Assembly: GCA_039588295.1 (NCBI GenBank) | Contig: JBDHAB010000006.1 | Location: 1-64,000, forward strand | DNA length: 64,000 nucleotides | Direction of reading: 5' to 3' | Origin: Gemmatimonadota bacterium | GTDB taxonomy: Bacteria > Gemmatimonadota > Gemmatimonadetes > Gemmatimonadales > GWC2-71-9 | In this document: positions 21,525 to 31,594 of the stretch, in pieces | How positions within the stretch are numbered: the stretch's first letter is position 1 | Layout of the letters: every line of letters begins with the position of its first letter | Program-made: the position numbers and the translations under genes | Notes under the pieces: model-generated | The model's database searches: none | Told to the model about the DNA's origin: nothing | The model's input: only the letters and a program-made list of their open reading frames with translations

Positions 21525-22880
21525 ATGCTAGACGCCTACCCAGGGAGTCGCTCGTCGCGTCGACCCCTCCGCACTGTCGTGTCGGTCAGTTTCGCACTTG
21601 CCCTGTCGGGGTGTGCCGGGGCTCGTCCGGTCGCGGTCTCGCCAAACGAGATTCCCACGTTGGAACAACAGTTGGTGGGTGAGCCGCAGAACGCCGGCGT
21701 ACTGCTCCGGTACGCAGCGGCGTTATTTGCGTCCGGCCAATGCGACAGCGCGATGAGTGTTGCGCGCAGTGGAGCGAACCTCGCACCGCACGACGCGTTG
21801 GCGCCGCTCGTTATCGGGCAGTGTCTCGAACGTGACCGTGAGTGGGAACAGGCGCTCGATACCTATCGTGCGTTCCTCGCCGCCCATGCCGATCGACGTG
21901 GTGCGCCTACTGTGCGTGCCCGACAAGTGCTCGTGCAGCGTGCGCGTGCGAATGAACGAGCACAGGTTGCGCTGGCTCATGAGACCGAGCTCGCGCAGCA
22001 GGCCGCGGACCCGCAAACAGTGGCCGTCCTCCCGCTGGACATCGTCGGTGACTCGACGTATCAGCCGCTGTCCCGCGGTCTCGCACAGATTCTGACGTCT
22101 GACCTCGCACTGCTCCAGCGGTTCCGCCTGGTCGAGCGACTGCAAGTCGGTGCGCTCATTGACGAGATGGCGCTCGCCGAGACTGGAGCGGTCGATCGCG
22201 CGACTGCGGCCCGTGTGGGGCGCTTGCTGCAGGCCGGTCGCATGGTACAAGGACTCGCGGCGATCCCGCCCGAGGGAGAAGCCCGACTCGAGGCGAGCGT
22301 CGTGGTCACGACCGGAGAAGTGTCTACGCCGTCGGTACAGCGGGGACGCGTGCGCGACCTTCTCCGAATGGAGAAGCAGCTCGTCGTCGATCTCGCCCAG
22401 CGGATGGGATACCTCCTCTCTGAGGCAGAACTTCGTGTCGTGCTGGAGAACGGCACCCAGAACCTCGCGGCCTTCCTGGCGTATTCGCGCGGCTTGGTGG
22501 CGGAGGATCGTGGGGATTACCGGGCGGCAGCAGCGTACTTTGCGGAAGCGGTCCGGCAAGATCCGGGCTTCGAAGCCGCGCGGACCGAGCTCCAATCGTC
22601 GACTGTGACACCCGAAGTCATGCAAGCTGCGCCGACGGACATTACGACTCTCGCAACAGAGACCGTGAGCCAACCTGCGCTCATCGTCGAGCCGCCGCTC
22701 GGCAGCGTGGTCGCCTCGACCATCGGCGACATCGCGGCCACGCAGTCGGAACAGGTGAGCACGTTGCCGACCCAACCCGTGAGCGGGACCCAGACCACCA
22801 CATCGCAGCCGCCACCGACGCCGACGGTGGTCGGTACGACGTTGATGGGGACCGTCCGCATCTTCTTCCGACTGCCATGA
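21525..22880 (+). CDS. Lipoprotein with TPR repeats and CsgG/HfaB-like domain
   Basis: GGAG RBS, ATG 21525; lipobox LSGC; TVAVLPL..GLAQILTSDL..FRLVER..TAARVGRLL CsgG-like segment; TPR AYSRGL..AVRQDPGF; Thr/Pro linker and terminal strand VRIFFRLP. Confidence 0.8.
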   Translation: MLDAYPGSRSSRRPLRTVVSVSFALALSGCAGARPVAVSPNEIPTLEQQLVGEPQNAGVLLRYAAALFASGQCDSAMSVARSGANLAPHDALAPLVIGQCLERDREWEQALDTYRAFLAAHADRRGAPTVRARQVLVQRARANERAQVALAHETELAQQAADPQTVAVLPLDIVGDSTYQPLSRGLAQILTSDLALLQRFRLVERLQVGALIDEMALAETGAVDRATAARVGRLLQAGRMVQGLAAIPPEGEARLEASVVVTTGEVSTPSVQRGRVRDLLRMEKQLVVDLAQRMGYLLSEAELRVVLENGTQNLAAFLAYSRGLVAEDRGDYRAAAAYFAEAVRQDPGFEAARTELQSSTVTPEVMQAAPTDITTLATETVSQPALIVEPPLGSVVASTIGDIAATQSEQVSTLPTQPVSGTQTTTSQPPPTPTVVGTTLMGTVRIFFRLP

Positions 22881-24010
22881 GTATCCGTCGACTCGTACCT
22901 GCCGTCGCCGTCGCGCTTGGTTTCGCCGGGGCTGCGAAGGCGCAGGTCCCGATTCGGACATCGGTGGCGTTCTTCTCGGAGACCTACAACTTTGATGCCG
23001 GTTTGCCCTACAAGCGCGTCAACGAATACTCCGTGCCGATCGGGATCACGGTCCCCTTCGGACGGTACGGTGATCTCACGCTGTCTACCGGTTACGCGCA
23101 CATCGTGCTGCGTTCGGCCGATCGAGCGTTGTTCCAGGATCAGCGGCTCTCGGGAGTGGTCGACACCGAGCTACGGGCGTCGTGGAATGCGATTCCCGGT
23201 CGCCTCGTCACGTTCGTCACGGCCGCGCTCCCCACGGGAATCGAAACGGTCGAGGGAGAGGAGCTGCAGATTCTCGGCGCGCTGGCGAGCGATGTCATCG
23301 GCTTCACAGCGCCGACCGTCGGCAGTGGAGGCAGTATCGGCGCCGGTTTTGGCGGAGCGGTGCCGCTCACAGCGTCGTGGTCCGTTGGGGTGGGCGGCAC
23401 GTTTCGCAAACCCCTGTCCTATGTGCCCGTCCTCGGCAACCCGCGGGAGCTCCAACCCGGGGCGGAATTCCGGGCGCGCGTCGGGGTCGAGGGACCGCTC
23501 GCTCGCAAGACTTATGTGCGGGTCGCCGCAGTGTTCGCGCATCGAGCCAGGGATGCGTTGGCGGACACCACGGTAAACGGAGTGGGCAACCGCATCATTG
23601 GCTATGTCTCACTGAGCCAGGGAATCGGCAACGCATCGCTGATCTTGTATGGCTATGACGTGTTTCGTGGCAGTCCCCAGATCGAACAGACCGCGTTTGG
23701 GGCCGCTGTGCTCCAGCGCGGCAACCTCATTGGTGGCGGCGCTCGGGTGGATATCCCCGTAACGCCACGACTCACGGTCGTACCGCGGGGGGAATTCCGT
23801 TTGGCCACCGAGGGGCGGCCCGCGAGCCAGTTCAAGCTGCTGAAAGTCGGTCAGTCGCTTCGCGGTGGCGTCGCCGCCCGGTATCAGGTCACCCGTCAGT
23901 TCGCGGTCGTGCTGCAGGGAAGCGGTACCACGGGATTCGTGGTGCAGGACTTTGAGCACATCGACTTCCGTGGCGTCCGTGGCTCCGTCCACGCCGAGTG
24001 GAGGCCGTGA
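22877..24010 (+). CDS. Predicted outer-membrane beta-barrel protein
   Basis: Signal peptide ending AKA-Q; alternating amphipathic strands; C-terminal VHAEWRP; ATGA overlap with the upstream gene. Confidence 0.7.
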   Translation: MSIRRLVPAVAVALGFAGAAKAQVPIRTSVAFFSETYNFDAGLPYKRVNEYSVPIGITVPFGRYGDLTLSTGYAHIVLRSADRALFQDQRLSGVVDTELRASWNAIPGRLVTFVTAALPTGIETVEGEELQILGALASDVIGFTAPTVGSGGSIGAGFGGAVPLTASWSVGVGGTFRKPLSYVPVLGNPRELQPGAEFRARVGVEGPLARKTYVRVAAVFAHRARDALADTTVNGVGNRIIGYVSLSQGIGNASLILYGYDVFRGSPQIEQTAFGAAVLQRGNLIGGGARVDIPVTPRLTVVPRGEFRLATEGRPASQFKLLKVGQSLRGGVAARYQVTRQFAVVLQGSGTTGFVVQDFEHIDFRGVRGSVHAEWRP

Positions 24011-25362
24011 GAGAATCAGTCACGGCAGCGCTGATGTGCGCGGCCGTGGCCGCCTGCGGAGAGTTTGCAGCTCCTTCCAATCCCAATGTATCGTTCGCAG
24101 TTGTCCCGGTCTTCGGGAGCAACGCGGCGTTCGCGAGTGACGCGAACCGGCTCCGCATCATCCTGCTTCGTGAAGTCGCGGGTGAGTTCACCGAGGTAGC
24201 CCGCGTCGTGGTCGACATCGACCCGGTCACAGGCACGGCGGATACGACGCTGCAGGTGTCACTGACCGCAAGCCCGACGCTCTTCCGCATCGTGCTCGAG
24301 GCTGTGCGAAGTGCGGATGGCATGGTGCTGTTCACGGGCTCGAGCGACGTGCTGGTCGAGGCCGGTACGAGTGGTGGGGCAACCCCGGTCGAGATTCCGG
24401 TGACGTACGCGGGCCCGACGGCGGCCACGGTCATCCTCGCGCCGAGGGACACTGCCGTCGACGTCGGTGGCACGTTCCGGTTTCGAGCTACGGCATTTGA
24501 CGGTCAGGGCTCGGCCGTCGACGTGCCGCTCCGTTTCTTCCTTGTGAATGCGGCCGATGCCACCAGGCTGACGGTCGATCGGCTGTCGGGCGACGCGGAA
24601 GCCCTGAGCGCTGGGGGTCAGGTGAGTGTGTTCGTTCGAACCGCCGACACTGCGGCAGCGGACACCACGCGAGTCTTCCTCGGCGTGCAGCCCGGAGCGA
24701 TCCAAGTGACGCCCGGGTACGCGAACGTCGGAGTGGAGAGCAGCGTGCGGCTCGACGCGATCCTCTTGGATGCGAACGGGAATCCCGCCGGAACGGCGAC
24801 GGCGACATGGACCTCGCGCGACGCAGGCGTGGCCATGGTCGATGGCAGCGGACTCGTAACGGGAGTCGCCCCAGGCACAGCAGTCATCGTAGCTGTCGCA
24901 TCGGGGTTCACCGATTCGGCGCTGGTAACTGTACCACCTGCCGGTGACGTGGTCGTCTCCACCACCTCGAATGACCGGGCGTTCCGTGTAACCACGGTCG
25001 GGGACACGGTGGTTGTGGACGTCATCGCGGACATGACCTTCACACCGAGTGAGCTCTTGGGGAGTTACAACGCGGTGCTGACGTGGGATCCGTCGGTGCT
25101 GTCCTTCCTGGATGTGCAACCGGGTGACTTCCCGGTGCCACAGGTAAACAGCGCCAACGCCGCCGTTGGAGAGTTGCGCTTTGCTCAGGCGGAGGCAAAC
25201 GGGGCCGCCGGTACGGTTGTGGTTGCGCGAGTTCGGCTTGTCACGCTCGCCGCGGGCTCCACGGTGCCGGCGGTGGCAATAACGGAGATGTCGGCGGCAC
25301 AAACCTTCACCGATCTGCTGGCCCGGGTCACCGTGACGAGCGGGACCGTCACGGTGCAGTAA
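24007..25362 (+). CDS. Lipoprotein with Ig-like (Big_2) domains and C-terminal cohesin domain
   Basis: Lipobox VAAC; WTSRDAGVAMVDGSGLVTGVAPG Big_2 motif; cohesin-like LGSYNAVLTWDPSVL...GELRF at about 24985-25360; GTGA overlap (alternative start 23998). Confidence 0.75.
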   Translation: MRESVTAALMCAAVAACGEFAAPSNPNVSFAVVPVFGSNAAFASDANRLRIILLREVAGEFTEVARVVVDIDPVTGTADTTLQVSLTASPTLFRIVLEAVRSADGMVLFTGSSDVLVEAGTSGGATPVEIPVTYAGPTAATVILAPRDTAVDVGGTFRFRATAFDGQGSAVDVPLRFFLVNAADATRLTVDRLSGDAEALSAGGQVSVFVRTADTAAADTTRVFLGVQPGAIQVTPGYANVGVESSVRLDAILLDANGNPAGTATATWTSRDAGVAMVDGSGLVTGVAPGTAVIVAVASGFTDSALVTVPPAGDVVVSTTSNDRAFRVTTVGDTVVVDVIADMTFTPSELLGSYNAVLTWDPSVLSFLDVQPGDFPVPQVNSANAAVGELRFAQAEANGAAGTVVVARVRLVTLAAGSTVPAVAITEMSAAQTFTDLLARVTVTSGTVTVQ

Positions 25363-25375
25363 GAGGAGGCATTCG

Positions 25376-25903
25376 ATGATGCGACCGGTTCGATTCTTGA
25401 CGCTTGCCGCGTTGTTGGCATTGGTGGGGTGCGATGAAGAACCGCTCAATCCTCGCGGTCCGGGGGAACCCCCACCCCCTGTCGAGGGCATACAAGCGTT
25501 CCTCCAGGTGGACGACGACCGAGCGCAACCCGGCGAGCAGGTAAACGTGTACGTCAAAGTGCAGTTCGGGACGGAGACGGATGCCAAGCTGGGCAGCTAC
25601 ACCGGCCGACTGCGGTTCGATGCGAAGACGCTCGACCTGGCCAGCACAGTCGAGATCAACGACGGCATGCGGGTTGTGAACCCGAACAACGCCGGAGCCG
25701 GTGAGATCAGGTTTGCGGGTGCGGCACCCCGTGGCTTTGAGAACCTGACCGTCTATCATGGCCTGTTCGAAGTGAAGGACACGGGGTACATGGATGCCCT
25801 GCGGCTCGAGATGGAGGAACTCTCCGCCGCGATGACGCTCACGGATCTCGAACCGCAGTTACAGGTCGCACCGCAGATCTTTTTGCGGCAAGGCGGGAAC
25901 TAG
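25376..25903 (+). CDS. Small lipoprotein with a single cohesin-like domain
   Basis: GAGGAGG RBS; lipobox LVGC; LGSYTGRLRFDAKTL...AGEIRFAG...EELSAAMTLTDL matches the neighbouring cohesin repeats. Confidence 0.72.
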   Translation: MMRPVRFLTLAALLALVGCDEEPLNPRGPGEPPPPVEGIQAFLQVDDDRAQPGEQVNVYVKVQFGTETDAKLGSYTGRLRFDAKTLDLASTVEINDGMRVVNPNNAGAGEIRFAGAAPRGFENLTVYHGLFEVKDTGYMDALRLEMEELSAAMTLTDLEPQLQVAPQIFLRQGGN

Positions 25904-25916
25904 CGCCGAGTAGCGT

Positions 25917-28900
25917 ATGAACGTGCGACGCGCTGTGACGACTACCGCGATGAGCGGAATCCGGCTCCTGCTGGCCGGCGCTCTGGTGTTGGGTGGACTG
26001 TCGGGCCGGGCGCGGGCGCAGGCCATTCCGGTGACCGTGGGGGCGGGCGCGTCATCCATCATCGGCAAGGACTTTGACCTCCCGCTTGTCGTCGATATGT
26101 CGGCCCGATCGGATAAGCTCGGGAGCTTCTCCGTCAGCCTGCGGTGGGATCCTGCGGTGCTCCAACTCATTACCGGCCAGGACGGCACGTTCGGGCCGGT
26201 GGAGACCAACGAGGACTCTGTTGCCAACGGGTTGTTGCTGATTGCCGGTGCCAATCCCGCAGGAGTCGGTGGATTGGTCACCTTAGGCGTCGGTCGCTTT
26301 CGACCGCTGGCGTCGGACACGACCACGTTTCAAATCACTGTGCACGAGCTGTACGCCGCGGGGACGTTCGCGGATCTCACGCCGGACGTCGTTGTGGTCA
26401 CCAATCAGTATTGCCCCGGTCGCGGTCGCTACGGTGATGTCGACCCCGACGGAGTCGTAGACAGTCGAGATGGCTTGATCGCGCTCATGGAGTCCGTCGG
26501 GCTCGACGTCTCAGCGTACGATATCGATCTGGCAGACGTCGACGCCGACGGGAATGTCGATCCCCGGGATGCGTTGGTGATTCTGTCTTACGGGATCGGC
26601 CTCGACGTGAGCGGCTTTCGCGTATTCACGATCGCCCCTGGTGGGATCTGCGCCCCTGCCGGTGGCCTGACGTACACGATGACGCCCGGCGACGTCAGCG
26701 TACTCGTCGACCAGGGTGTCCAGTACGTCCCGACTGCCGTGGACTCCGCGGGTTCCCCGGTTGCCATCGTGGGTCTGTCCTGGACTACAACGGACGCGGC
26801 TGTAGCCACGGTGGACTCGGTAGGGCTGGTGACGGCGCTCGCTCCCGGCTCAACCGTCATCGCGGCACTGCAAGACAGCTCGGTCGTGGGAACGGTGACG
26901 GTGACGGTGGTGGCGAGCCGAGGCACACACTGGGTGGACGCGCTCGCGGCCGGCGCGCTCAACCGGATCGGATCCCGGGTGCTGCCATTTGATGATGTTG
27001 CCTCGGCGCTCGCCGTCGCCGGAGCCAGCGACACGATCCGGATCTTACCGGGTCGCTATGAGGAGAACATCACCATCACCCAGCCGCAGGTGGTGTTGGG
27101 AGACACCGTCGGTGGAGGCGTGGCACCGCTGATCGCCGCCACGGGACCGTTCACGACGGGAATCGATATCACGGCCCCGGGACGGGTCGAACTTCGAAAC
27201 CTGCGACTCGACACGCTTTGGATCGGCGTGCAGGTGTTCTCGGCTGATACCGTCCTGGTCAAAGATGTGGAGTTCCGCGCAGTCGGCAGCAACTCTTTCG
27301 CGTCGATCCACGTTGACACGGTCACGGCACTGATCGTCGAAGGGTCCCGATTCTTCGGCGACGCAACGCCATTCGGGAACAACGCGATCAACGTGCTCGG
27401 GGGCGCGGGGCTCGTGCGGGTGGATTCGTCATTGATCGCCGATTTTGGAGACTACGGCATCGAGCTGTTCAACGTGGACAGTCTGTCCATGCGTGGCAAC
27501 GTGGTGCGGGACAACTACGGGTACGGTGTCTACACATGGTCCTCGGACAGCACGCGTGCAATCGCGGCGAGCCTCGTCGGCAATCGGTTCGAGCGTAACG
27601 GGTTCGGCCAGCTCTATCTCGGCATGGTACGCTCGGCGGCGTTCGACCACAACGTGCTCCTGACGTCGTCGGGCGGGAGCCAGGGGCTATTCGTCGGTGG
27701 GTTTACCCAGACCGTAGCGAGTCTTCTCGGAGATTCGATCGTAGCCCGCCAGGCCGATTGGCTATGGATGGACGCGTTCGACAGCCTTCACGTCGATTCG
27801 GTCTCGGTGCAGCAGCAGGAGTACGGCGGTGGGTACCTGTACCAAGGCCGAGCGGTCGTCGTCCGGAACTCGACGTTTACAGGGTTCCCGAACTTCGAAG
27901 CGGCAATCGACTTCGGCGCATCGGTGGTGTCGGGCGCGACTATGACCCTGCGGAACCTGAGCTTCTCGGGGCCCGACTCGTCCGTGTGCAACCGTTGCGC
28001 GTATGGGGCGTTGTGGACCAACGTCTCCGTCGACGCCGATAGCATCACGGGTGTGAATCTCTACACATTGCTGCGCCAACTCAGCGGAAGCCTGGTGGCA
28101 CGGAACCTCGACATCACGGATGCGTCGGCCGGGATCCGATCGCGGTTCTGCGGGGGTCCCGTGCGGGTCTCCAACATGACCGGGCTGGATGTGGAGACCG
28201 GCATTCATGCGGAAGCGTGTACCGGTCAGGATTCACTGGTCGTGGATTCGGTCGATTTCGCTCGCGGGACGTACGGCGTATACAGCTCCGCCATCCCGGT
28301 AGTGGTAACGAACTCGTCTTTTACCGACTACCAATACGGGATCTATCACTTTGACAGCACCCTGGTGGCCACGGACAATCACATCGTCCGGCCGAGGAAC
28401 TACGGCATTTACGCCGATTTCAACGGCAGTGGCGGGTCGATTTCGGCGCTGCGGAATGCCGTCACCTGCGATGCGTTCGGGGCGGTGACAGCGCTTGGGA
28501 TCGAGGTGTTTGACGGTCCCTCGCAAATCGTCCAGGACACGATCACCGGCTGCCAGGTAGGGATCGAAGCCGGGGACTTCGCGACGGGGGTCCCGGTCAG
28601 CTCGGAGATCCGAGACAACGTTGTGGCCACCCCGGGGAGCGCCAACGCCTGGGGTATTCGAAACTGGGGGTATTACGACGCATCACAGGTCGTGGGCAAC
28701 ACGGTGACCGGGCTCGCGGCTCGGGGGGCGATCGTCGTGGCCTCCAGTTGGCTGGGGGCGCCAGCTCCGCGGGCGGATGTGGACTCCAATACCGTCGACG
28801 GTGCGCTTTGCATCGGGATACAAACGTTCTACGCAGATACGCTGATGATCCGCGACAATGCCGTGCGCAACGTCCAGGCCTCGACGTGCAACGTCAGTGG

Positions 28901-29777
28901 CGCCAGCGGCGGTGGTGCAGCCATCGTGCTCTCACACAGCACGCCGACCGACGACGTCGCGGAGATTCGTCGCAACCGAATCACCGATGTGAAGACGCAC
29001 GGGATTGTGCTGGCTCGCGACTTCAACGATTCGGTCGTCGTGATCGTCGACAGCAACACAGTGAAGCGTGCCGACAGTGTCGGCATCTGGATCGCCGACT
29101 ACAGCAGCGCGTTGATCCGCTATAACGCGATCGACAGCGCCATGCACGACGCGGTGCAGACGTCCCGCTTCAACTCGACTGGAACGACCGGCAGCGTCAT
29201 TCTCAACCAGAACAATTTCACCAACTCTGGGCGTTACGGCGTCAGGAACACGGTGACCTGGGAGTGGATTGACGCCACCAACAACTGGTGGAACGACCCA
29301 AACGGACCCAGCGGCTTCTACGGTGATTCGTCCCGTACCTCCATCGGAGATTCCGTCTCGAACTTCGTGATCTGGTCGCCAGTGCTGACATCCCCCGCCA
29401 ACACGCCGGCACCGGCAGCACCGCTCGGCGCGCCGAGGCTGATGGCGACGGCAGGCAACGCCGCTCGCGCGGCGGCACCACCCGACGTCCCAGCGCCAGG
29501 TGCCGGGGCTCAGGTCCCAATACTTCCAAGGGATCTGGCACCGAGAGTACCGCAGATGCCGTCCGTGCTGGAGCGACAGCCGCGAGTGCTCCTCGGAGCC
29601 CCGGCACCGTGGCTCGAGCGCCTCCTCGAGCGCGATCGCCAACTGGACGACCGTCTTGGGGCTTTGCGTGAGCGGCGACGGGCGCGCCTCCTCGAGCGAG
29701 CGAAGTCCATCGAGGCGTTCGAACGGCAGCGGCCTCCCACGGGAGGTCCAGGCCGCCCCGAGGGGGGCGCCCGATGA
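25917..29777 (+). CDS. Secreted cohesin-dockerin-Big_2-parallel beta-helix protein (1286 aa)
   Basis: Signal ARA-Q; cohesin about 26025-26400; dockerin GDVDPDGVVDSRD/ADVDADGNVDPRD about 26430-26600; Big_2; DTIRILPGRYEE beta-helix cap; PbH1-like repeats; NNWWNDPNGP. Confidence 0.8.
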   Translation: MNVRRAVTTTAMSGIRLLLAGALVLGGLSGRARAQAIPVTVGAGASSIIGKDFDLPLVVDMSARSDKLGSFSVSLRWDPAVLQLITGQDGTFGPVETNEDSVANGLLLIAGANPAGVGGLVTLGVGRFRPLASDTTTFQITVHELYAAGTFADLTPDVVVVTNQYCPGRGRYGDVDPDGVVDSRDGLIALMESVGLDVSAYDIDLADVDADGNVDPRDALVILSYGIGLDVSGFRVFTIAPGGICAPAGGLTYTMTPGDVSVLVDQGVQYVPTAVDSAGSPVAIVGLSWTTTDAAVATVDSVGLVTALAPGSTVIAALQDSSVVGTVTVTVVASRGTHWVDALAAGALNRIGSRVLPFDDVASALAVAGASDTIRILPGRYEENITITQPQVVLGDTVGGGVAPLIAATGPFTTGIDITAPGRVELRNLRLDTLWIGVQVFSADTVLVKDVEFRAVGSNSFASIHVDTVTALIVEGSRFFGDATPFGNNAINVLGGAGLVRVDSSLIADFGDYGIELFNVDSLSMRGNVVRDNYGYGVYTWSSDSTRAIAASLVGNRFERNGFGQLYLGMVRSAAFDHNVLLTSSGGSQGLFVGGFTQTVASLLGDSIVARQADWLWMDAFDSLHVDSVSVQQQEYGGGYLYQGRAVVVRNSTFTGFPNFEAAIDFGASVVSGATMTLRNLSFSGPDSSVCNRCAYGALWTNVSVDADSITGVNLYTLLRQLSGSLVARNLDITDASAGIRSRFCGGPVRVSNMTGLDVETGIHAEACTGQDSLVVDSVDFARGTYGVYSSAIPVVVTNSSFTDYQYGIYHFDSTLVATDNHIVRPRNYGIYADFNGSGGSISALRNAVTCDAFGAVTALGIEVFDGPSQIVQDTITGCQVGIEAGDFATGVPVSSEIRDNVVATPGSANAWGIRNWGYYDASQVVGNTVTGLAARGAIVVASSWLGAPAPRADVDSNTVDGALCIGIQTFYADTLMIRDNAVRNVQASTCNVSGASGGGAAIVLSHSTPTDDVAEIRRNRITDVKTHGIVLARDFNDSVVVIVDSNTVKRADSVGIWIADYSSALIRYNAIDSAMHDAVQTSRFNSTGTTGSVILNQNNFTNSGRYGVRNTVTWEWIDATNNWWNDPNGPSGFYGDSSRTSIGDSVSNFVIWSPVLTSPANTPAPAAPLGAPRLMATAGNAARAAAPPDVPAPGAGAQVPILPRDLAPRVPQMPSVLERQPRVLLGAPAPWLERLLERDRQLDDRLGALRERRRARLLERAKSIEAFERQRPPTGGPGRPEGGAR

Positions 29778-31594
29778 GGTATCTGCGACTGATCTGTCTC
29801 GTGGGTCTCATCGGCGCGGTCAGTAGGCCGGTTCGGGCGCAGACGGTGGATCTGTACGTCGGCGGGTTAGACTCGCTCGTCGTCCTCACCGGGGATACGG
29901 CGAGCGCCGAGCTGTGGGTGAGCAACATCCCGTTCAGCGTCGGTGTCTCGCAGTATTCCATTGACCTGCTGCTCGACAGCAGCAGGGTCCGGGTGGTCTC
30001 GGTTGATTCACTCCCCGGTGAGAACTTGCCCATCCCGACCGTCACATGGCTGTCGTCCCAGCGCGTGCGCCTCTCGGGGAGCGGCACGGGCACGGCGGTG
30101 ACCAATGTCAGACTTGGCGTCGTGACGTTCGAGATCGACCCGCTCGCGCAGGAAGGCTCGTTGGTGAGTTTCGCGGTTAACTCACTGCTGGACCAGGCCG
30201 GCGCGAGTCTCCTGCCAAGCCACCGAACGGATCTACTCGACGTGTGTCAGGCGAATCGGCTGTACGGAGACGTGGATGTGAATCGGGTGGTGAACAGCCG
30301 CGATGCGCTGATCACGCTCACGTCGGCCGTTGGGATCGCTGTGGGAGCTCCCTTCGAGGTACAGTGGGGTGATGTTGATCTCGACCTCCAGGTGACCTCG
30401 CGTGACGCGCTGTTCATCTTGAGCGCCGGTGTAGGTCTCTCGGTTCCGTTCGGTGTCGTGGTGACCGAGCCGATACCCAATCGCTGCGCACCCCTGGAAC
30501 CAGCCTCGGCGGACCTGGCGTTCTACCGCGGCAGCGAACTGCACGTGATCGATCAGGGTGACTCGACTCCCCGACCCGTAAGTATGGACCCGTTGGCCCA
30601 GAGCTCCTACCGGGTCAGCTGGGCGCCCGACGGTACGCGAGTCGCCTATACCGGGTGGACCACGGCTGGGTTCGACTATGAGATCATCGCCGCCGATCGC
30701 GACGGGTCGAACCCGGACACGCTCACACGGAGTGCCAGCCGTGATTTCTCACCCGCGTGGTCCCCGGACGGCACCCAGATTGCGTTTCGCTCGATTTTCC
30801 GCAGTCCCAGTGGGATCTACGTCATGGACGCGGACGGGGGCAACCAAGTGCACATTGCCGGCACCGACACGCTGACCGTCGGCAACGATATCGCGTGGAG
30901 CCCCGACGGTGCCATGATCGCGTTTGTGGCCTATGGTTCGGCTACTCCCGGTGGCCCGTTCCACCCCTGGACGGCTGACCTCGCGGGTCAGACGCTGCAG
31001 CCGGTCCCGGCGACGACGATCCAGCACGCCGAGAGTCCGTCCTGGTCGTCGGCCAGCGACTCGCTCGTGTTCTATAGCTCGTTGGACGCTGGCCGCTTGT
31101 ACGTGATGGCCGTTCCGGATACTGCGGGGGTACCGGCCGCTTCGCTGCTCTTGGTTCAGCATTACCCCTGGTGGGCGCCGAACGGCATCGCGTTCCAATC
31201 CCAGCGCTTGTGGCCGTACCGGCTCTACCTGCGGCGAGCCTCCGATGGTCGCCATTTTCGACTCACGCGCGGGTCGGGCGGCAACGACATCCGTGTGACG
31301 ATGCGAGACCCGAATCTGGTCTATGTCGACGTCGTCTCGGTCGTGCCGGCGAGTGGCACGATACCCGCCGGCGCTCCGCTGCCGCTCACGGCAACAGTGA
31401 CGAACAGCGACCTGACCGTGAATGCCACCGTACCCCTCAGGTGGATCAGCCGCGATCCGACCATTGCCACAGTGGCACCGACGGGGACACGGACGGCCGA
31501 CGTGTCCGGTGTCGGAACATCGGGGCAGAGCACGTGGATCGTCGTGACCGCTGGGGGCTGGCGCAGTGACAGCTCGCAGGTGACGGTGCAATGA
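29774..31594 (+). CDS. Secreted cohesin-dockerin-TolB-like (PD40) beta-propeller-Big_2 protein
   Basis: Signal VRA-Q; divergent cohesin; dockerin GDVDVNRVVNSRD/GDVDLDLQVTSRD about 30265-30435; repeated WSPDG..IAF; WISRDPTIATV. Confidence 0.8.
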   Translation: MRYLRLICLVGLIGAVSRPVRAQTVDLYVGGLDSLVVLTGDTASAELWVSNIPFSVGVSQYSIDLLLDSSRVRVVSVDSLPGENLPIPTVTWLSSQRVRLSGSGTGTAVTNVRLGVVTFEIDPLAQEGSLVSFAVNSLLDQAGASLLPSHRTDLLDVCQANRLYGDVDVNRVVNSRDALITLTSAVGIAVGAPFEVQWGDVDLDLQVTSRDALFILSAGVGLSVPFGVVVTEPIPNRCAPLEPASADLAFYRGSELHVIDQGDSTPRPVSMDPLAQSSYRVSWAPDGTRVAYTGWTTAGFDYEIIAADRDGSNPDTLTRSASRDFSPAWSPDGTQIAFRSIFRSPSGIYVMDADGGNQVHIAGTDTLTVGNDIAWSPDGAMIAFVAYGSATPGGPFHPWTADLAGQTLQPVPATTIQHAESPSWSSASDSLVFYSSLDAGRLYVMAVPDTAGVPAASLLLVQHYPWWAPNGIAFQSQRLWPYRLYLRRASDGRHFRLTRGSGGNDIRVTMRDPNLVYVDVVSVVPASGTIPAGAPLPLTATVTNSDLTVNATVPLRWISRDPTIATVAPTGTRTADVSGVGTSGQSTWIVVTAGGWRSDSSQVTVQ

